Shown here one piece after another: positions 11,401 through 24,760 of a DNA stretch of 64,000 nucleotides. The notes beneath the pieces were generated by a model, which worked only from the letters and a program-made list of their open reading frames with translations, was not told the origin of the DNA and ran no database searches. The stretch spans positions 20,400,001 to 20,464,000 of the forward strand of contig NC_058383.1 in the NCBI RefSeq assembly GCF_018350175.1. Reading direction: 5' to 3'. Within the stretch, counting starts at the first letter, position 1; the number at the start of each line of letters is the position of its first letter. The stretch comes from Felis catus (lineage: Eukaryota). The translations under genes and the position numbers were made by a program.

Positions 11401-12950
11401 TCAGAATGGATGTTCTGCAGAACCCGGAAAAGTGCACAGAAGTCCAAGGTGGGTGGGTATGCTGCCCTGTGGCAAAGGCAGATCAAAAGAGGACTAGGTT
11501 TTACATGCGAGGGAAAGAAGCTCCGGAACTTACTCATCCACGTAAGTGACAGAACTCAGACACAACCCTAAGCCCCCAGTCTTAGCTCCAAGCCCTCCAC
11601 AGTACTGGAAATAAGGGGTAGTGTAAACGAGAAACTGAAAATCACCCTTCATCCCAGAGTCAAAGGTCATAACTGTTAATATTTGAGTTTATATTTCTCC
11701 ACTGTTACAGCTCGGGATTGCATGATACATATTCTGCGTTCGTCTTCGGCTTGATCCAGTATCATCCATATTTCTCGTGACATTAAGTAGCTCTCTAAAG
11801 CATGAAAAAAAAATGAAACAGGACTGGAAGCAAGTTGGTTTTTTCAGGGATACGTGGAAGTATTTTTATCTTCCATTTGATGAAGAGAGTCCAGGGCACA
11901 AATCTGGAAACTGAGGCATGTTGATGGTTGGGGGCATACACGGACATACATCTGGGGAAATCACCATGAAAGCAATCTTTTTCTGAAGGAGGGTAGGACC
12001 AAATGGAAAACCCCAGCGCTCACCTCTCACTCCCAGATGTGTTTGTCGCTGTGCTTCCGACGAGAAGACACACGCTTGCCCTTCAAGGGCCCCTACACGG
12101 GACAGAATGACTGGATGACTGGCTTGCCTTCAGCCGTTGACATCCACAGTCTCTCATCTGAAATCGGACACCAACTAAACCCAAGCTGTATCAAACTCCA
12201 GTCTGAAGTGGAAGGAAAAGGACCCCATGATGGTGCAGGAATTCCTGTCTAGCTATACACCCACCATATGCTAATACACTCTTGCCCATGCTGGTATTCT
12301 TTAACATTCCATAGAATACCCGTACTTTCAAGGAACGAAGATACGAGAAACCTCTTATTATCAGCCGAGTGTTCTATTATCCGTAGCCAAGTACAATACA
12401 GCCCCTTTTAATGCAGACAATGAGGACCTTTCTTATTCTCTCAAATGAGATGCCGTGTCTACTCGGCCAATCTCAGCTACTCCTGATTTTCTCCACTGTG
12501 GATTTCTAGGCTTCCTGGACCATACACCTCTTTGACTAGACTAACCTCTCCACGAGGAAAGGGGCCTTTCTGTCTTCCTATCAACATATCCACACCATGC
12601 AGAAGAATAGCCCGCATGGAGGTGTCCACGGGTGTTGTTGAATGCAATGGTTCCAGAGTCACCGTTTCCTTGACTGGGGATTCCTTCATCATCTACCTCA
12701 TCGGCCTCCAACCCTAGTTGGGCTCCTGAGAGAAATGGAGGCTGAAGCGGGTGCATAGAGAAGAGAAAGCATACTGACCCAGGGATAAGAGCAAACGATG
12801 GTCCAGTCACCAGCTATGTGGCCTTGGGTAAGTCACATGATTCTTTTGAGCCTCTTCTGCGAAGCCACGGTGGTGGTGATAAGTATCACTGACAATCAAT
12901 GAATGGATTAGTGAATTCGATGATCAAAGTTGATTATTCACGGATGACTA

Positions 12951-13348
12951 GTGTAATACACTCAGATCTCCTCTTCAAACCTAACACGCTTGTCCTCGCG
13001 GGAGTTGGAAATCTGGGCTGTCGATGACTCTGCCCTCCACAGCCAAGAACTGGCTCACTCAAGGATCTGCCTCTTCTCTGGGGTGGCCCTGGCCAGTGAA
13101 TGACTGAGGTGTGGACACGAAGGAGCAACTCCTGGTGTCAGAGTGGGATCACTCTAAAGGCTCGTGAGTTCCCTGTGGGAGCCGCTGAGTCCTCGGTTGG
13201 AGCCACATGGCAGGTCAGCGTCTCTCGGTCCAACTCTGCCTCCCCAGCTTCCTTATAGCTGCATCTTCAAGGAGTAATCCCGGGTAACCCTTCTGCATGC
13301 AATTCTCCATTTAAGAGTCAGTTTCCAGGAAACCTTATCCAAACCAAT
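12951..13348 (+). mobile_element. ERVL LTR (LTR16-like)
   Basis: 3' end ccttctgcatgcaattctccatttaagagtcagtttccaggaaacc typical of LTR16. Confidence 0.65.
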
Positions 13349-14851
13349 GAGGATGATAATGAGGGCTTACCCAACAGGCCTGTGGGAATCAGTGCTCACG
13401 GCGCTCGGAGTTGGTGCTGTCCAATATGTGCTAGTTAAATCTGGATCCGAAGCCTTTCTTCGGAGGGAAAAAGAAATCGATCCCCTGGAGAGACGTTCGG
13501 TGTGATTTATTTCTCCTCATGACGTCGTCCCAAGAGGACACCCATTAGTCTCTCTGTTCCGGTTGTTCCTGTCCTGAGTCCTCAGGGGAATTGCTCACCA
13601 GGGTGGGGCCACCCCCTGGAATATGCTCCCCGAGTCCTTGGCATTCTGTATGCTGTGAAGGTTTCATTCTCTCCGGGCTCCTCCATCAGAATCCATCCCC
13701 ACAAGCTATAAACAACCCCGATCACCTCTTTTCTCAGCTTCCAAGAGAGCTAATCCCCTGTCTAGTGCTTTATCAGTCTATTGAGAAACGCCCAGAGAAA
13801 CCTGCCAATCTAAACAGAAGATAGTGTGGGAAAGCATATTAGACCTCCCTGTAATTCACCAAACGTTGCAGGCAGTAAAATTCTAATACCACACTGACTC
13901 TTTTATTGTAATGTGAATAGAAACTGATGCGACGTCAATCTATCCTTATTGCAGTATTAAGATTCTCCTAAAATACTACACTGAACTCCAACTCTGGGGA
14001 AATCCCATGCTAACTTACTCAAAACTGCTCTAAAATCAGCCTTAGATTGTTCAGAATTTGTAGTCTGATGATACCGAGAGGACTGTGCCTCTTTTTAAAA
14101 AAAAAAATCATTCCCACTGGGATCTTGAAATAGATGCTCTGAGAAAACTCACTAACAGAAGGGAGCCTGATGGGAGAGAAATGCAGATTGATAACCTGAG
14201 ACAAGATGCCTGGCGAGTGGATGTCGGCCCATATTTATTAGTCTCCTCTGACAGCGTCTTCAGGCCGACCCATCGAGGAAGGGCTCGGTTACAGCTCCAG
14301 AGAAACGTGGGCAACAGAGGCAGAACCAGGATGGAGGGCAGGTAGGTGGTGGCAGGAAAAAGACCACACTTTCGGGCCAGGCGGAATAAGTGGAGGGACG
14401 TCCCCGTGAGTGGCACTGACACGATTCCAGACAAATTCACATTTCATAGAAGAGCCTGAGCTAATCATCGGGAGGAGACAGAAGAGTGTGATGGCGCCCA
14501 CTTGACATTTCTGTGTCTTCGTCATTTCCAGAAACCTGATTTTGATCAAGCAGCAATGGAACAAATTCCAGCCCCAAGGAACAAATTATATGTCTAAGAT
14601 ATTCTACGGCATATCTTCAGAGTAGGCTTGTAATGAGCCAATTAAAGCCTGAGGGGCTTGTGGGGAAAGACGTTCATCCAGGAAAAAAAAGAGGCCATCC
14701 TATGACCCTGACCTTCCACTCCTGGGTTATCCCAACACCCACTCATATGATATATACTCACCAAAATACGCATAAGGGGAGTCACAGCAGCGCTACCCAT
14801 GATCTACAAAACTCAGAAGCGACTTAAATAAACACAAACAATAGACGAAAT

Positions 14852-15075
14852 AGGGGCGCCTGGGTGGCTCAGTCGGTTAAGCATCCGACTTCGGCTCGGG
14901 TCGTGATCTCGCGGACCGTGAGTTCGAGCCCCGCATCGGGCTCTGTGCCGACAGCTCAGAGCCTGGAGCCTGTTTCAGATTCTGTGTCTCCCTCTCTCTG
15001 ACCCTCCCCCATTCATGCTCTGTCTCTCTCTGTCTCAAAAATAAATAAACATTTAAAAAATTAAAAAAAAAAACA
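14852..15075 (+). mobile_element. Can-SINE (SINEC_Fc-like)
   Basis: Full head to A tail; flanks aatagacgaaata / aatagatgaaata. Confidence 0.97.
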
Positions 15076-15244
15076 ATAGATGAAATAAACTCTGCAAAAG
15101 TACGCAATGGAACACTATACAGCAATGACCAGGAGCAAGCTACTCTCGACTCTGTAGGTGAACCCAAACAAAGCCAAAGAGGAGAGGTGCCTCAAAGGAC
15201 ACGCTGCCTGGTTCTGGGTCTATAAAGTGTTTTATTTTCAGTTC

Positions 15245-15420
15245 TTTTTAAAATTTTTCTTAAGCTTATTTATTTATTTTGAGAGACACAGAGACAGCGT
15301 GAGAGGGGGAGGGGCAGAGAGCAAGAATCCCAAGCGGGCTCCGTGCTGCCAGCACAGAGCCCGATGTGGGGCTTGAACTCATGAAACCCCAAGACCACGA
15401 CCTGAGCCAAAACCAAGGTT
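15245..15420 (-). mobile_element. Can-SINE lacking its 5' head
   Basis: tttatttattttgagagac..gcacagagcccgatgtggggcttgaactc. Confidence 0.88.
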
Positions 15421-15589
15421 CACCGTTGGGATTAGAAGGTGGCAAAGGGTGTTTCTGGCAATCTGCCGTGTCCGGGTTTGCGTGCCTCGTTCCACGTTTA
15501 CTCGGTGTAAGATCACCCAATGCACACTCCTGGTCTATGTACAGTGTGTATGTATGTTATACATCACTGAAAATTTACATTTAAAGTTA

Positions 15590-15940
15590 AGAGAGAGGGG
15601 GCTGGTGTGAGAATAGAGCTCTCTTACTGCCGCCCCCCCCCCCCCAGCCCCTTGCTCCTGCTTTGATGCTGTTCTGTGAAGAGCTACAGCAATGGCTAGA
15701 GCAGTGACAGCCATTTTGCAGCCTCGAGGAAACACTCCTAAGGATGAAAACCCAACATCCCAAGGAAAGTGGAGCGGGATTAATAGCTCCAGTCCTAGAT
15801 GGCATGTCCGAGCTGTGGAATTATCTTTGGCACCTCTCACCTCTGGACTTGGATTTTGGAATCGAATACACATCCTTATGGTTCCAGCCACACCGTTGAA
15901 TTTTCTGTTGCTTGCAGCCCAAAGGAGCCTAATCAATTCC
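15590..15940 (+). mobile_element. MaLR LTR (MLT1K/L-like)
   Basis: cagccattttgcagcc..aaggatgaaaacccaaca..acctctggactt..ttctgttgcttgcagcccaaa. Confidence 0.6.
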
Positions 15941-17496
15941 GAGACTGGAAGGTGTGTGATACAGACTTTGGGTAGGAAAAAGGAGCCTGGAAGCTTCAGA
16001 GAGAGGGTTGGGGAAGTTGCCTTGTAGTCTGGGCTCTGAATCCAGTTGATGCTGGGCTTGGAGGAAGGCATAAGGAAGGCCAACACTCTGTGGGGAGACC
16101 TCTATCAGACTGCCTATCACTTCCCAAGCAGCAGCCCTCCTCCCAGACCAGCCTGTTTGTGGAACTGAGGCTGTGGCTGGACTTCTTGTCTTGGTCAGAT
16201 CTGGCTCAGGAACAGGATAAACCCATCAAGGAGGGGGTGGGGGTGGGGAAGGAAATATGTCAGTGATAAGGGAAGTCTATTGTCTACAGTTATGGACGTA
16301 TGGGCAACGGTTGGGAGGGCCTTAGAAAGACAGGACCTACGCACAAAGACTCCTTCCTTGCTTTTGGTGTTAGATTTCCTTCCTTTCTCCACTTGGAAGT
16401 GGGGTTGTGTTTTTGGAAAATCTCAATTTTCTTGACTCTTCACCTGGGCTCCCAGAAAACCCTAACCACCATTTGTGAGTTCATTGCTTAGCAGAAGTTC
16501 CCCGGCCACTCTCTCTTCCTGGACCTTTCAGCAAAGGAAACTCCTCTCTCTGTTGATCTGATCCTTCAACCTCCAGAGCATCAGAGAAAAGGGGAACCTA
16601 CGGACATGGCTGAACCCTGATGTCACCGTCCCACTGAGCTACAGAGACCTTCTCCTTCCACCCCCCCCCCTTGGAGACAGCAGGTCAGCCAAGGTGCCAG
16701 AGACAATCCCACAGGGTCCTCAGCAAATCCTGCGTGGCAGGGCCCCACGACACACAGTTTGAATTGCGTTCCAACAGCCTGGGGGCAGAATTTATAAAGA
16801 AGTGTGATGACTATGGTCCTTGGGAAGATGATGGCTACACGATCATCTGAGGTCAGGTCTCCCCTACCCTGCACATCCTCTCTTGAATGTAATCCTTCTG
16901 CAACCCAGACCTGGACTCACACGTAGCAGGTACCGGCCTTGGAGACCCTAAGAAGACAGAAGCTCCCTCTTCCCTCTCACGATGGCCTTGGCCCCCATCA
17001 CAAGGCCCAACACTGGTGATCACATCAGTTACGATACCACACACTATATGCCAGTCACTTTGAGGAGCCTTCTCATCAAGCTATGAATTTCTCATGATCA
17101 TCCTTTTATTATCTGTTTCTAACAGCTGAGAGCACTACGTGTCATGGCCCAACTCCCAAAGCCGTATAATCCGGCCCTCTGCATCCATGCAGCAGGAGAA
17201 CAGAAATGGTGGTGGCAGCCACATTGGACGACTGACCTACTTCTGCACCATTTGTCTGTGAGACACTGAGCAAATTCCTTCCTCTTTTAACCAGTCCGTC
17301 TCCACCTGGAAAATAAGGGCTTTAAACAAGTTCCTCTCTGAAAGCTTTGTAGTTCAAACGTCTCGAAATCAATGATCTCATAATGAAGAATGTGCCCCGG
17401 ACCACACAGGGGGAAAGGCAGAGTACGAAATCAGGGAGATCAGAAAATAGGGAAATCGGAAATCCGTTAGGTCAAGCAGAGTCAAGAAAGAAATGT

Positions 17497-17878
17497 GTAT
17501 TATGGCCTGAATTGTGCTCCCCCCAATTCGTGTACTGAAATCTTCACCCCAGTACCTCAAATGTGACTATATTTGGAGGCAGGGCTGTTAAATAGAAAAT
17601 TAAGGTAAAATGAAGTCACATGGGCGGGGCCTCATCCAGTGTAACCAGTGTCCTTATAAGAAGAGGAGATTAGGACACGGACAAGACCAAGAGAAGATCA
17701 TGTGAGGACACAATGGGAAGGCGGCCATCTGAAGGCCAAGGAGAGAGGCCTTAGCAGAAAGCAACCCTGCAGACGCCTTGATCTTCAACTTCCAGCCTCC
17801 AGAACTTTGGCAAAATAAGTTTCTGTTATTTAAGCCCATATGCGGTGGTTTGTTATGGCGTCCCACTCAGACTAACAT
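17497..17878 (+). mobile_element. MaLR solo LTR (MLT1A0/B-like)
   Basis: tattatggcctgaattgtg..ccttataagaagaggagattaggacac..ccagcctccagaact..tttgttatggc. Confidence 0.88.
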
Positions 17879-17994
17879 AAGGTGCTATTAGGTGTTGGGA
17901 AATGTTTGACCCTGAGACACAACATCTTGCATATTGTAAACGTTTACCTATTACCAACCTTCACCATGCAGCAAAATCACCTGAGGGCTTCAAA

Positions 17995-18940
17995 ATAAAT
18001 ATGCAATTTCTCTGACATCAGCCATAGCAACATTTTTCTAGATAGGTCTCCTGAGCCAAGGAAAATAGAAGCAAATATATATATATGTAATACATATATA
18101 TATTGAACATATATTTACATATATTATACACATATATTACATATATATTACATATGTATGTATGTATGTATGTATTATATGTATATGTATATATACATAT
18201 ATATGTATATATATAACATATGTAATATGTATGTATACATATTACATATGTATATGTAATATACATATATGTAATATATATGTAATATATATGTAATATA
18301 TATGTAATATATACGTATTACGTATATATACATATACATATATATACATATATACATAATATACATATTACATATGTATATGTAATATACATATATGTAA
18401 TATATATATGTAATATATATGTGTAATATATACGTATTATGTATATATACATATATGTATATGTATGTGTACATGTATGTACCCATATACATATATGTAT
18501 ATATGTACATATATGTAATATATGTGTATATATGTATATATACGTATATATACGTATATATACGTATATATACGTATATATGTACATATATACGTATATA
18601 TACGTATATATACATATATACATATAAATGTACATATATATACATATATATGTAATATATACATATGTACACATGTATGTATATGTATATGTAATATATA
18701 TATGTATGTAATATACCAAATATATATATAATATACCTCACGACAAAGGAAACAATCAACAAAACTGAAAAACAACCTACTGAAAGGGAGAAGATATTTG
18801 CAAATGACATATCTGATAAGGGGTTAGTATCCAAGATATATAAAGAACTTCTAAAACTCAACACCCCAAATACAAATAACCCGATTAAAAAACAGAACAC
18901 TGCATGGTAGCTACACTGGAATTAAAATAAAACAAATTAA
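17995..18940 (+). mobile_element. Carnivore L1 fragment (ORF2 piece joined to 3' terminus) inside a MER5-like element
   Basis: ctctgacatcagccatagcaacatttttctagat and aaggaaacaatcaacaaaact..gatatttgcaaatgacatatctgataagggg; MER5-like halves at ~17955-17995 and ~18945-19040. Confidence 0.85.
18075..18735. repeat. Compound (TA)n/TATG/TACG microsatellite, ~660 bp
   Basis: Directly visible; includes tandem (tacgtatata) 10-mers at 18541-18610. Confidence 0.97.
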
Positions 18941-19664
18941 TCATAAAATGCCTCTGTCTACGCCCTATTCCCAAGGAAACCATTTCCATTGGGCTGGAGG
19001 TGATTCCAGGAGATTCGAATGAGCAGCCACACCTGAGAATCACCGTCTCCGACTGTTCGGTCATTGGCTTTCCTTAATATTCTCGAGGCTCGAGGGTCGT
19101 GGCCACAGGGAGGCCCCCACTGTGACCACCCCACCCAGAGCAATCCCTTTACGTCCAAACCTAGTTTCACTTTCTTCAGAGCATGAATCACTCTGTAAAA
19201 TGATCTTTGATTTACAAGCATACCTCAGAGATGCTGCAGGCACTGCAAAAAAAGCAAATATTGCCATAAAACACGTCAAATGAGGTTTTTTGGTTGCCCA
19301 GGCACATACAAGTTATGTTTACACTATACTGTTTTCTATTAAGTGCACAATAGCTTTATGTCAAAAAAAATGTACATATCTTAATTTAAAAATACCTATT
19401 GCTAAAAAATGTTAAACATCATTTGAGCTTTCAGGGAATCGCAATGTTTTTGCGATCTGGCCTCCATGTTGATGGCTGCTGATTGAACAGGGTGGTGGTC
19501 GCTGAAGGTTGGGGAGGCCGTAGCAATTTCTTAGAATAAGGCACCAATGCATGAAGTTTGTCACATCGATCGATTTTTCCGATCATGAGCTATTTCTTTA
19601 CAGTTGCAATGCCATTTGACAGCATTTTACCCACAGCAGAACTTCTTCCAAAATTGGAGTCAAT

Positions 19665-20650
19665 TACATACTTGATAAAGGATTAGTATCCAGAATCTAT
19701 AAAGCATTTCCCAAACTCAACACCCAAAAAACAACCCCATTAAGAAATGGGCAGAAGACATAACTAGACACTTTTCCAAAGAAGACATCCAGATGGCCAA
19801 CCGACACACGAAAAGATGCCCAATGTCACTCATCATCAGGGAAATACACATCAAAACTACAGTGAGATACAACCCCACACCTGTCAGAATGGCTAAAATT
19901 AACAACTCAGAAAATGCCAGATATTGGTGAAGACGCAGAGTAAGGGGGACCCTCTTGCACGGTTGGTGAGAATGTAAACCGGTGCAGCCACTCTGGAGAA
20001 CAGCATGGAGATTCCTCAAAAAATTAAAAATAGAACTACCCCCCAAGACCCAGCAATGGCACTAGTAGGGATTTACCCAAAGGACACAAAAATACAGATT
20101 TGAAGGGCTACATGCACCCCCAATGTTTACAGCAGCACTATCAGCAATAGCCAAACTATGGAAAGAACCCAACTGTCCATCGATGGACGAATGGATATAG
20201 AAGATGTGGTACATATATACAATGGGCTATTACCCAGCCATCAAAAAAGAATGAAATCTTGCCATTTGCAATGATGTGGATGGAGCTAGAAAGTATTATG
20301 CTAAGTGAAATAAGCCAGTCTGAGAAAGACAATTACCATATCATTTTCACTCATGTGGAATTTAAGAAACGAAACAGATGAACATATGGGAAGGGGGAGA
20401 AGACAGAGGAGAGAGGGAAACAAACCACAAGAGACTCTTAACGATAGAGAACAAACTGGGGGTTGCTGGAGGGAGGAGGTTGAGGGATGGGCTAGATGGG
20501 TGATGGGCATTAAGGAGGGCACTTGTTGGGATGAGCGCGGGGTGTTTATGTCACTGATGAATCACTGGGTTCTACTCCTGAATCCACTATTGCATTGTAT
20601 GTTAACTAAAATTTAAATTAAAAGTTAAAAACATACTAAAATACAACACG
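19665..20650 (+). mobile_element. 5'-truncated carnivore L1 (ORF2 end plus 3'UTR)
   Basis: aagaaatgggcagaagacat..aaaatagaactacc..ggaatttaagaaac; TSD aaaattggagtcaat (19650-19664) / aaaattgtagtcaat (20651-20665). Confidence 0.93.
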
Positions 20651-20824
20651 AAAATTGTAGTCAATCCTACACACCCTACAATATTGTACCAAACCCTGTA
20701 ATATTGTAAATCCCTTGTTGTCATTTTGACAACCTTCGCAGCCATCTTCCCCCGGAGTAGATTTCATCTCAAGAAACCGCTTTCTTTGTTCATCCCTAAG
20801 GAGCAACTCCTCATCCATTAAACT

Positions 20825-21080
20825 TAAAAAAAAAATTAATGGGTTTTTTTTTTTTTTTTTGAGAGAGAGAGAGAGAGGCAGAGCATGAGCAGGGGAGGGA
20901 GAGAGAGAAAGAAAGAGAGAGAGAGAGAGAGAGACAGAAAGAGAGAGACAGAATCCGAAGCAGGCTCCAGGCTCTGAGATGTCAGCACAGAGCCCAGTGC
21001 GGGGCTCAAACTCACAGGCTGCAAGATCATGAGCTGACCCAAGGTTGGATGCTTAACCAACTGAGCCACCCAGGAGCCCC
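20825..21080 (-). mobile_element. Can-SINE
   Basis: SINE body; ccattaaactt on both flanks. Confidence 0.95.
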
Positions 21081-21622
21081 CTCAACCATTAAACTTTTAT
21101 CATGAGACTGCAGCCCTGCAATCCCATCTTCAGGCTCCACTTCTCACTCTGTTTCTCTTCCTCTTTCCACCCCATCTGCAGTTACTTCCTCTGCAGAAGT
21201 CTTGAACCCCTCAAAGTCGTCCGTGAGGGTTAGAATTCACTTCTTCCGAACTCCCGTTTATGTTGCTATCTTGACTTATTCTCCGGGATCACAAATGTTC
21301 TTCATGGAATCTAGAAAACAGTGGATCCTTTCCAGAAGGGCTTGCAATGGACTTTGCTCAGATCCACCAGAGGAATCACTATCTATGGCAGCTAGAGCCT
21401 TATGAAATGTATTTCTTAAGTAGTAAGATTTGAAAGTCAGATATTCTCCTTGATCCGTAAGCTACAGAATAGACATATTAGGAGGCATGAAAACATAAAT
21501 CTCATTGTCCCTTTCCATCAGAGCTCTTAGGTGACCAGGTACATTGTCAATGGGCAGTAGTATTTTGAAATAATTTTTTTTCTGAGCATTAGGTCTCAAA
21601 AGGGGGCTCAGAAGAGTCAGTA

Positions 21623-23190
21623 AGTTGAAAAAGAAAACCAAAGTGGGAGGCATCACAATCCCAGACGTTAGCCTCTACTACGAAGCTGTAATCATCAAGA
21701 CAGTATGACACTGGCACAAAAACAGACACATAGACCAATGGAATAGAAAAGAGACTCCAGAAATGGACCCACAAAGGTATGGCCAACTCATCTTTGACAA
21801 AGCAGGAAAGAATATCCAATGGAGAAAAGACAGTCTCTTTAACAAATGGTGCTGGGAGAACTGGACAGCACCATGCAGAAGAATGAATCTGGACCACTTT
21901 CTTATACCAGACACAAAAACAAACTCAACATGGATGAAAGACCTAAATGTGAAACAGGAAACCAACAAAACCGTAGAGGAGAAAACAGGCAACAACCTCT
22001 CTGACCTCAGCCACAACAATTTCTTGCTCGACACATCTCCGAAGCCAAGGGAAATAAAAGCAAAAATTAACTTTTGGGACTTCATCAAGACAAAAAGCTC
22101 CTGCACAGTGAAGGAAACAATCAACAAAACTAAAAGGCAACCGACAGAATGGGAAAAGATATTTGCAAATGGCATAGCGGATAAAGGGTTAGTATCCAGA
22201 ATCTATAAAGAACTTACTAAACTCCACACCTGAAAAACAAATAATCCAGTGAAGAAATGGGCAGAAGACATGAATAGACACTCTTCCAAGGAAGACATCC
22301 AGATGGCCAACAGACACATGAAAGGATGCTCAACACCATTCATCAGGGAGATGCAAGTCAAAACCACACTGAGACCCCACCTCACACCTGTCAGAGTGGC
22401 TAAAATTAACAACTCGGGAAACAACAGATCCTGGCGAGGATGTGGAGAAACAGGAACCCTCTTGCACTGTTGGTGGGAATGCAAACTGGTGCAGCTGCTC
22501 TGGAAAACAGTGTGGAGGTTCCTCAAAAAATTAAAAATAGAACTACCCTACGACCCAGCGATTGCGCTACGGGGAATTTACACAAGGGATACAGGAATGC
22601 TGACGCATAGGGGCACACCCACGCCAGTGTTTACAGCAGCACTTTCAACAATAGCCAAATTGTGGAAAGAGCCTAAATGTCCATCAACTGATGAATGGAT
22701 AAAGAAGATGTGGTTTATATATACAATGGGATACTCCTTGGCAATGAGAAAGAATGAAATCCTGCCATTTGCAGCGACGTGGATGGAACCGGAGGGTATT
22801 ATGCTAAGTGAAATAAGTCGGGCAGAGAAAGACAGATATCATGTGTTTTCACTCGTATGTGGGACTTGAGACACTTAACAGAAGACGATGGGGGATGGGA
22901 AGGGGAAAAAATAGCTTCAAACAGAGAGGGAGGGAGGCAAACCCATAAAAGGCTCTTAAATACAGAGAACCAACCGAGGGTTGATGGGGGGTGTGGGGGA
23001 GGGGGAAGAAGTGGGTGATGGGCATTGAGGAAGGCACCTGTTGGGATGAGCCCTGGGTGTCGTATGGGAACGAGGAGTCATGGGAAGCTACCCCCGAAAC
23101 CAAAAGCTGTATTCACTACATGTTAGCTAACTTGACAATAAATGATATTTAAAAAAATAAAATAAACATTGCCTACACAATAAAAAAAAA
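21623..23190 (+). mobile_element. 5'-truncated felid/carnivore L1, ORF2 C-terminal part plus 3'UTR
   Basis: ORFs 21763-22233 (YGQLIFDKAGKNIQWRKDSLFNKWCWENW) and 22249-22869 ([16 protein letters not shown]) are L1 ORF2; polyA at ~23181-23191. Confidence 0.96.
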
Positions 23191-23784
23191 AGGTCAGTAA
23201 ACCGTGTATAGACAGATGTGCATCACCCAGGCTTTGTTGTTCCACTTAAAGAGCCCAGAGTAGATCTGTCATAATTCAGAAGGGTCCTAGGATTTTTGGA
23301 ACGGTCAGTGAGGACTGGCTTCAACTTCAAGCCATCAGCTGCCGTAGCCTCTAGCAAGAGAGTCAGCCTATCCTTTGAAGCTTTGAAGCCAGGCATTGAC
23401 TTCTCCTCCAGCCTTCGCGGAACTGAAGAGAGTCGGCGCCTTGCTCTGGATTGGGTTTTGGCCTGAGTGAATGTTGTTTCTGGTTTGGTCTTCTAGGCAG
23501 ACCACCAAAAGTCTCTCTGTCTCAGAAGTGAGGCTGCTTCACTCTCTTACCGTTTGCGATGTTTCCATTTCCTTCCAGAACTTTCCCTTGGCATTCACAA
23601 CTTAGCTCACCGTTTCGCACAAAGAGGCATCGCGTTGGGCCTCTCTTGGCTTTCGATATGTCTTCCTCACGTAGCTTAATCATTTCTATCTTTGGACTTG
23701 ACATGAGAGACATATGATTCTTCCTTCGAACACTTGCTTGCTTGATCACTTAGAGGCCACCGTAGGGTTATTAATTGTCCTGAT

Positions 23785-24012
23785 TTTTTTAACGTTTATT
23801 TATTTTGAGAGAGAGAATGCAAGTAGGAGAGGGGCAGAGAGAGAGAGAGAGGGGTGGGGGAGAGAGAGAGAGAGAGAGAGAGAACCCCAAGCAGGCTCCA
23901 CACCATCAGCACAGAGCCCAACACGGGGTTTGATCCCATGAACCGTAAGATCATGACCTGAACCCAAATCAAGAGTTGGGATGCTTAACTGGCTGAGCCA
24001 CCCAGGTGCCCC
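23785..24012 (-). mobile_element. Can-SINE
   Basis: SINE body within Tigger1; tgtcct on both flanks. Confidence 0.95.
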
Positions 24013-24352
24013 TGTCCTAACTTCAATATTGTTGTGTCTCAAGGGATAAGGAGGCCCGAGGAGAGGGACAGAGAGAGGGAAACAGCCAGTCAGTGGAGTA
24101 GTCAGAACACATACAGCATTTACGGGTTACGTTTGCCATCTTACGTGGGTGTGGTTTGGGCACCCCTGAACAATTACGCAGTAACATCAAAGATCACAGA
24201 TCACCATAACAAATACAACAATAATGAAAAGGTTTGAAATATCGTGAGAATTACCAAAATATGACACAGAAGCACGTACTAAGAAAATCCTGTTGGAAAA
24301 ATGGCACCAAAAGACGCGCTCGACGCAGGGATGCCACAAACCTTCAATTTGT

Positions 24353-24760
24353 GGGGCGCCTGGGTGGATCAGTCAATTAAGCGTCTGACTTCGATTCAGG
24401 TCATGATCTCGTGGTTTGTGGGTTCAAGCGCCACGTAGGGCTTCTCTGCTGTCAGTGTGGAGCCCACTTTGGATCCTCTGTCCCCCTTTCTCTCTGTCTT
24501 TCTCTCTCTCTCAAAAATAAACATTAAAAAAAAAAAACCTTTGGGGCACCTGGGTGGCTCAGTCGGCTGTGTGTCTTACTTCAGCTCAGGTCATGATCTT
24601 GCAGATCGTGGATTCGAGCCCCGTGTTGGGCTCTGTGCTGACAGCTCAGAGCCTGGAGCCTGCTTCGGATTCTGTGTCTCCCTCTCTGCCCCTCCCCTGC
24701 TCAGGCTCTGTCTTTCCCTCTGTCTCAAAAATAGACAAACATTAAAAAAAATTTTTTTAA
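24353..24760 (+). mobile_element. Two head-to-tail Can-SINEs (24353-24537, 24543-24760)
   Basis: Two ggggc(g/a)cctgggtgg heads and two A tails; outer flanks aaaccttcaatttg / aaaccttccacttg. Confidence 0.95.

Larger units (their letters stand above)
14700..15585 (+). mobile_element. Old L1ME-like 3' fragment split by two SINEs
   Basis: tatgaccctg..ccactcctggg, caatggaacactatacagcaatga, tgtatgttatacatca. Confidence 0.6.

Noticed and set aside
11370..11448. Plus-strand exon candidate (ctcctctag...aag/gtgggt)
   Set aside because: No recognisable protein and no partner exons; it overlaps the putative minus-strand gag relic.
18018..18900. Tyr/Ile-rich ORFs (likewise the FILFY ORF at 63162-63776)
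   Set aside because: Microsatellite translations.
20636..23749. TIGD1 gene
   Set aside because: Transposase pieces are frameshifted and interrupted by L1 and SINEs; a dead Tigger1 copy.
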